A stretch of DNA of 64,000 bases, taken from the NCBI GenBank assembly GCA_951406725.2, contig OX597829.1, positions 15,376,001 through 15,440,000 on the forward strand, in the 5' to 3' direction. This stretch comes from Octopus vulgaris (taxonomy: Eukaryota). Both the position numbers and the translations under genes were made by a program. Under the pieces are notes generated by a model. That model saw only the letters and a program-made list of their open reading frames with translations, had not been told where the DNA came from and made no database searches. This document shows positions 56,897 through 64,000 of this stretch, piece after piece (positions within the stretch are counted from its first letter, which is position 1; every line of letters begins with the position of its first letter).

Positions 56897-57226
56897 CATA
56901 TGGCGTAGTGGTTAGGAGCGCAGGCTACTAACCCCAAGATTCCGATTTCCATTCCGCGCAGTGACCTGAATAATAATAATAATAATAATAGCCAAAAAAG
57001 GAGAGTGCCAATCTTTTTTTTTTTTTGCTTCTGTATACCTACTGGAGGAGTTACCTCAATCCTATAAAATATTGAATAATAACTATAACATCGAAAAATA
57101 CCTTACGAAGGTTCGAAATTTCCCCAAGACACCTGATGAAGGCTTGAGGGTATATCAGCTGAAACGTTGTATTAACAACAAACAAGATGAGGACAAATAT
57201 CCGTCAAAATGTAAATAATGTAAATA
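56897..57226 (+). mobile_element. tRNA-headed SINE-like element with internal (AAT)n and a minimal hammerhead
   Basis: TGGCGTAGTGGTTAGGAGCG A-box-like head; GACAC-CTGATGA...GAAACGTT-GTATT at 57128-57173. Confidence 0.72.
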
Positions 57227-57229
57227 GCG

Positions 57230-58340
57230 TTCCCTAAAGAATCGTTGTGTGATAATGAATGTTCTGAGTTCCATATTTATTTTGTAATCGGTTGTAATAT
57301 TCTTTGATGAAACGTGATTTGTTATAGGTGCCTGTGTAAGACATGTTTTCATCTACATTAAAACATTCCTCATCAGATATCGGGAAAACAGTTAAGTTAT
57401 TGAGGGTATTGTAACCAGGTCAAGACTTTTTTTCATCTCATGCATATTCTTTGCATATAATTGCAAGTCATCCACAAAGGAACAGTGTTTAATTTTGGTC
57501 TTTCTGTTTCCTTGTGAACCAGTGAGATATTCTTCAGATTTCCTAAACATGAAAGACGAAGGTTTTACAGAAAATATAAACAACATTACAGAGAGGCTGT
57601 TCCCTTAGAATATGCCTTTGTAATTTTGTATTCTATAAGTCATAGCAAAATCACTCCTAGTATGTAATTTCAAGATCGTGGCTCACGATGCAGTCAGGTC
57701 AGCTATGGCTTTGACTATGCTAACTGGAACTTTTGTAAGTCAAACGGCTTCTAGCATCCATGTGTGCAGGAAATAGTGAAAGGTTTTCTTGTAATCTAGC
57801 TACATTGAAACTTGGTTCCTTGTATGCTCACACACCTCTGACATTACAGTTCAGTTTAATAACAGTTGCTCGGCATATTTTCAAAATTCCTTCTTCCCAG
57901 CTGCTTGTTCTGCTGTGTTGATGTTACCTGTTTCATAAAGGTCTTGGAGGTAGAGGTTCAAACATGTTGCATATATTTTATACATAGAGTTGTGGCATGC
58001 AGTTGACCGGTATTTTTTGCTATATGGGCGGTTCTGCTTTTGGGGTTCACGTTTGTCTCTGCTAAAACAAACCAGTCTGGTACGCTATTATTCTCTTTGA
58101 GAGCTTGCTGATACATGTTGATAAGATATGATCGGAAGAATGTTAGCTTCTTGCACCAGTATCCAATAATCAAGTTTATTCCAGGTGATTTTACATCCTG
58201 GAGTTCATGGAATACAATCATAAGAGTATTACCATCAATGCTGTATGTCTTGGTTGTAATACAGGAATAATAACTTCGAATTTTGGTTAAATTCCATCTC
58301 TTCGCTCCAAATTTGTCTTCTCGTGAAGTAGCGTCGATGA
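57230..58340 (-). mobile_element. Degenerate R4/Dong-like RT fragment
   Basis: KSPGINLIIGYWCKKLT; KGIF*GNSLS; HCSFVDDLQLYAKN. Confidence 0.7.
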
Positions 58341-58997
58341 TGATTGCAGTGGCTGTATGTATGTAAATATGTATATGTGTATGCATGTATGTGTGTATGT
58401 CTGTATGTTTATATAATTTTCTTGTTTTCTTTCTGTATAACTTATAAAGCTTCTCTAAAACTGTTCTTTTGTTCCTGAAGATCATACATAGGGGACACAA
58501 AATATATTTTGTTGGAGCAGTAAAAGAATGAGTGAAGATGCATAGACTGTCAGTAGGTCGTTGTGCATAAATCGGACAGACCAGTGGTTTGCTGCTATTG
58601 GAATGCAAGCTAGAACTTGATCAGCCCCAGCCGTAGCAACTGAGCGAAAGGGTCTGATGTTGAAACAGCCGAAACACTCCGAATTTCCAGAAACATTACG
58701 GACAATACATACTAGAGCATCCACCAGATGTATCTTAAAATTAAACCAAACCGCGCGCACACACACAAACACACACACGCATTTCGTACTTATTTTTCAA
58801 GTGTTGTATTTATTCTATTGGTGTCCGATACCGAACTCTCAAGTGGTTGTGGGTGAAAAGTACAGACACAAGGGCACCTACAGACAAATATGTATTACAT
58901 TCCAAACAAAAGTGTCCGACGAATGGGATCGTGAAACTCTGAGTAAGTTTTTATACATATATATATAGATATAATACACACACACACACACACATAC

Positions 58998-59028
<31 letters not shown>

Positions 59029-59029
59029 C

Positions 59030-59200
59030 ATGATTGGCATCTTTCAGTTTCCACATACCAAATCCACTTACACCCTTTCATCGGCTCGAAACTATAGCAG
59101 AAGCCACTTGCCCATATTGCCACGCAGTGAGGCTGAACGAGAGTCCCGTCGAGAAGCAAACTTCATACCAAACAATTACACCTATGCCTATATTTATATA
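59030..59200 (-). mobile_element. Partial SINE (family of 60245-60635)
   Basis: CTTTCAGTTTCC...ACTATAGCAGAAGCCACTTGCCC...GCCACGCAGTG is the reverse-complement match. Confidence 0.6.
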
Positions 59201-59515
59201 TATTTATATATATCATTATCAGTGTGTGTGCATATAAAGTGAGAGAGGGAAAGAGAAAGAAATACGAAGAGAAAGAAAGAGGGAGACAGACAGACAAAAA
59301 GAGAGAGAGATAGCTAAAAGGATAGAAAGATAGATAGATTCATAGTTACAGACATACATGCATACATACTCACATAAAGAATCTTGCAAACCAAATCCAA
59401 AATCGAAATATATATATAATGAGAGAGAGAGAGAGATTATTGTTATATACATATATATATGCTACATATATAACTACATACGTGCCGTACGTACATACAT
59501 GTGCACATATATATA

Positions 59516-59573
<58 letters not shown>

Positions 59574-59808
59574 CATTATCTAAACATCTATGCGTCAAAA
59601 AACACAGACACTCAACTTCGTTAATAGAGTGGACATATTATTATTTCCAAATAAAATACATTATATTCTATTACAAGCTACTTTATGAATCGGTTTTATA
59701 CGAGGAGGTAAGATAAGGCCAGCAGTCATGAGAACTAAAAAATATGGCGTGTGTTGTTTACCAGTGAAGGTCTGAAAGTATCACATCCGTTCAGCTGAGG
59801 TTAACGGA

Positions 59809-60210
59809 TGTTGGAAATCTAGGAACGAAAATGAAATGAGCAAAAATATTTTAAAATCAAAGTAAGTAGTTAGGTGTAAAATCGCAAGAAGAGGTGAGGG
59901 TAGTAACTATACTAAGTAAATTTAATCGCCACAACAAAGTAGTCGTTCCATGGTACTATTAGTTTAACACTAGCAGATCTTCCGCCAGCTGGTTATCGAT
60001 GCAGCACTGCACCCTGTACATATATATCGCCAGCGGGGAGCAAACCCCTACCAACCTCCAGCAGACAACAGGATCACAAGACTGACTCACGTTCGAGCTA
60101 GTTTGCTCATCTTCAGTCGTGGACACCTGATCGCCAGAGAAAAGGGTAGAATCCGCTCCAACTAGCAATATATTGTAAATAAAGCGACCATCGTTCACTG
60201 ATTTGCAACA
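59809..60210 (+). mobile_element. Possible solo LTR
   Basis: TGTTG...CAACA termini, TATA-like TATATAT and AATAAA shortly before the end; no TSD found. Confidence 0.35.
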
Positions 60211-60244
60211 AGAAAAGTAGCTAGTTGTATAATCTCAAGAAGAC

Positions 60245-60411
60245 GTAGGAGTAGCTGTGTGATAAGTAGCTTGCTTATCAACCACAGGGTTCCGGGTTCA
60301 GTCCCACTGCGTGGCACCTTGGGAAGGTGTCTACTATAGCCTCGGGCCGACCAAAGCCTCGTGAGTGGAAACTGAAAGAAGCCCGTCGTATATATATATA
60401 TATATATGTGT

Positions 60412-60451
<40 letters not shown>

Positions 60452-60635
60452 TTGTGTCTGTGCTCCAACATCGCTTGATAACCGATGCTGGTGTCCTTAC
60501 GTCCCTGTAACTTTACGGTTCCGCAAAAGCGACTGATAGAATAAGTACTAGGCTTACAAAGAATAAGTCCTGGGGTTGATTTGCTCGACTAAAGGCATTG
60601 CTCCAGCACGACTACAGTCAAATGACTGAAACAAG
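60245..60635 (+). mobile_element. tRNA-derived SINE with internal (TA)/(TG) repeat
   Basis: Head with GGTTCAGTCCC B-box-like motif, followed by CACCTTGGGAAGGTGTC. Confidence 0.75.
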
Positions 60636-61694
60636 TAAACTTTGCTATCAATTATATAGATAATTAAGAGCAAAGTGTGTAAAAAAATGAAGTTAGTGAA
60701 GTTGTAATATGTTATTCTCCATACATTATAATAAGAAACTGAACCACAGAGACAATGCCAAATTCTGCACATGCGTGAAACATTGGACGAAAGTTAAATA
60801 TTAAAATAAATTTAAATATTACCCAAACATGACCTCAAAATTGTGCGACCTGACCTCGTTTCCGAGCTCATCAGCGTCTCCTCTCCCGTTTTCTTTGTGT
60901 CGGCTTTCACCTTCACCTATGGAACATACATACAGTATGATACATCAGCGTCTCTCTCTCCCTCTGTCTCCCTCTGTCTCCCTCTCCCGCTATCCCTCTA
61001 TCTTTTATAGAAAGTTGTTTGCTCTCTCTGTTCCTTTCTCTCTTCTCTCTGTTTTTCTCATTGTGTTTTTCTCGCTCACACATATTCTAAAAAGGTTATA
61101 ATGTTAAATTTTTGTAATGTAAATATGTATATGAAAATAAAGTTTATTTGGTAGCCGAAACTTTACTGAATCTTTTGATGCCTCATTCGTCAAAATCGGC
61201 AAGTAAGTTTTCGAATCTATAAGCAATATACGTGCGCACATACATACACACAAACTCTGTCTTATATATTAAGATATACAAGCCGTATTAATTTCTCATA
61301 TTTCACTGTGAAGAAATAAAAGCCACTGGAACTGTTTCAATACTTATATCGAAAGTTCGACGGGCCAGCATAGTAGGAGTATTTAGCTTTCATTAGAGCA
61401 CATTGCAAAATCTTATTCTTACTGTAAAGGGTGCGGTACGCGGGTGGAGAGAATTCTTTAATATATTCCTTTTCTGAACTGAGTAGAGCCTGCACCTCCT
61501 ATTATTATTTTGTGTGTGTGTATGTATGTATGTATGTATGTATGTATGTATGTATGTATATATGTATGCATGTATGTATGTATGTATGTATGTATGTATG
61601 CATGCCTGTATATATGAGTGCATATGTATGTTTTTATGTGTGTATCTATATATGTATGTATATATAGTTGCATGCCTAGACATGCTTATATATA

Positions 61695-61728
<34 letters not shown>

Positions 61729-61737
61729 CAAAAATCA

Positions 61738-62010
61738 TATGATTATGAGTATAATTATAATTAGGGTTCAGCAAAATTTGCTTCACCACATACCGAAATT
61801 TAGAAATAGCAGTCAAAAACTACTATTTCACTACCATAAGAAAGCAATACTGAACACATCACGCAGGTATACAGATACAGAAAAAATAGCGAATCCACCC
61901 GGCTTTGATCTAGGAGATTTTCTTATGGTAGTGACTGCTATTTCTAAATTTTGGTATGTGGTGAAGCAACTTTTTGCTGAAACCTAATTATAATTATACT
62001 CATAATTATA
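61738..62010. repeat. ~90-100-bp inverted repeat pair
   Basis: ATTATGAGTATAATTATAATTAGG...CACTACCATAAGAAA versus TTTCTTATGGTAGTG...CCTAATTATAATTATACTCATAAT. Confidence 0.8.
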
Positions 62011-62115
62011 GCATTGTTGTATAAGTTTACCGATAATGGTTCTTTTAACATGCCGAACTACTTGGTAAAATTATTAATTATTAATAAATTAATTTTCCCC
62101 TTTATTATTATTGAT

Positions 62116-62148
<33 letters not shown>

Positions 62149-62770
62149 TTACATATGTATGTATTTATGCGTGTATGTATATATGCATGTATATACAGCC
62201 GTATACCTAGTCATGCTTATATATACTTAAATGATAAACTTCTGGAAAGTTTTACAGATTTTTACAGTTCCAATGATGGTTTGGTTCTGTAGTCTTCGTA
62301 TCAGCTTTTCTCCTTTCTGGTTTTCAGAAGTCTAATTTCTCAAGAATATCATTTAGGCAGTGTATTACATATCCCAAAGCCTCGATAATTACAGGTATAA
62401 ACCTGACCTTGTAATCTGGATAGAGTAGCAGTAGATTTCTCAATATGCATGTATATGTGTATATATTTATGTATCAGTGTATGTATGTAGTTTTTACCTG
62501 CGGGTATGTATATATATGTACGTATGTAAGTATGTGTGTGAATGTATGTATGTGTGCATGTATGTGTATGTAAGTGTACATGTACGCATGTTTATATTTG
62601 TATATATGTGTTTGCGTATGTTTGTGTGCATGTTTGAATCTACGTATGTATGTACGTATGCATGCTTGTATGTATATGTGTATATGCATACACACAAGTG
62701 TGTATGCATGTATATTTGCATGCATGTATGTATGTATGTATGTATGTATGTACGTATATGTAAGTATATT

Positions 62771-63660
62771 TTCGTGGAGGTATCAAAAAGTTCCGGGACT
62801 CGTTATGTTTAATTATTTGCCTAACTTTTAACATCATCTTCGAAATAGTCACCTTGCGCGGCCATACAACGTTTCCAGCGTTTCTTCCAGTTCTGGAATC
62901 CGGGCTGGAAGTTGTATCCCGTACGCGTATGGAAAATCTTCTGCGATTCGTTCAGGATCTTGATAACGGTGTTAATTCAGTGCCCTTTGGGCGGCATTTT
63001 CATCTTGATAAAGAGGAGGTCCGTTGGTGCTCAATCTGGCGAATAAGGTGGATGCGGAAGCGATATCATGTTGTTGTTCTTGGCGAGGAACACACGAGTG
63101 AGGAGAGCTCGGTGTCAGGGCACACTGTCGTCATAAAGAAACCAATTCTTTGCGCTCCACAAATCCGATCGCTTTCGCCGAATGTCGTCTGTCAAATGCA
63201 TCAAAACGTCTCAGCAGTACTCTCAATTGATGGTCCGGCCCTGGGGGTCGAATTCTCGATGAACAATACCACATTTTCGGGGTTGACGCTCTTTGCAGTT
63301 CTTACAGATTGCTCATCGTTTTCCGCCTGTGAAGCGATCGTGCCACTCGAAACATGGCGTCCGACTCATTGCTTCGCCTTCGTAAGCTTGCTGAAGCACG
63401 CTCAATGTCTCAATAGCAGACTTCCCTAGTTTAACACCTTTCAAAATTTCAAATTGTCTCTTTACTCCAACTTCTTGTCCATGACAAAAAAATCGCAGGC
63501 TAAAACAAATATGTGATCAGAAAAACAAAATTTGTGAAGTAAACACTGCGTTGACACCAGGCACACTGCCTCTTGAAGATCACTGCTCGCTATCACTGCG
63601 CACGCATCCGTGTGATGCTTTATGTTGGCGTACAACAAAACGTTTTGCTACCACCTCGTA
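62771..63660 (-). mobile_element. Internally deleted mariner (DD34D) fossil
   Basis: Minus strand reads ETLSMLQQAYEGEAMSRTPCFEWHDRF, then PHPPYSPD*AP and RWKRCMAAQGDYFE; weak TIRs. Confidence 0.82.
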
Positions 63661-64000
63661 TATATTTATGCGTGTATACGTATATAAATATGTGTACGTG
63701 CGTGTGTATGTGTATGTCTGTGTGTGTGTATTCATATACGTATTTATGTTTGTGTATTTATATGTATGCATTTATATTTATGTTCTCTAATTCTTTGAAT
63801 TCTTCATCTGAGGAAGAAGCTGGTTTCTAACACAGACAAAAATTTGTTGTTGGAATGTACAAAGTACATTCCAGAAGTTATCAGACATTTTTAGGAAATC
63901 TTCAGGATTATTGTAATTTTAGTAAGTCATTCTAATAATCTGACATGACAATTTTTTTCTAATTCCAGATTGGAAGCGATAGCAATTTGAACACTCCCTC

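Noticed and set aside
56897-56970. Functional tRNA gene
   Set aside because: Acceptor and T arms are degenerate and the sequence continues into a repeat body; it is a SINE head.
60640-61280. Non-autonomous Helitron/Helentron-like element
   Set aside because: Only a vague terminal resemblance; no convincing hairpin or subterminal repeats identified.
62854-63429. 191-aa plus-strand ORF
   Set aside because: Antisense shadow of the mariner transposase.

Overview
AT-rich eukaryotic window saturated with microsatellites and transposons. The SINE families and repeat landscape suggest a cephalopod (octopus-like) genome; this is an inference. No intact host gene is evident, and most ORF-track entries are microsatellite artefacts. 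Bases 1-30,300 hold a cluster of same-orientation (minus-strand) Tx1-clade LINEs with a gag-like CCHC ORF1 and an APE-RT-CCHC ORF2. Every recognisable 5' and 3' terminus abuts a (GATA)n tract, pointing to a GATA/TCTA microsatellite-targeting family. A tRNA-headed SINE carries a 3' tail matching the last ~41 nt of these Tx1 elements, making it a probable partner. Bases ~36-43.5 kb hold R4/Dong-type RLE LINE fragments among (TAA)n tracts. Also present are an RTE LINE, DD37D and mariner fossils, a Helitron helicase fossil, a MITE, several minimal Penelope-type hammerhead motifs (one inside a tRNA-headed SINE), and a TSD-flanked short retroposon with an RTE-5'-like, possibly HDV-ribozyme-like head. 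Boundaries are approximate unless a junction sequence is quoted.
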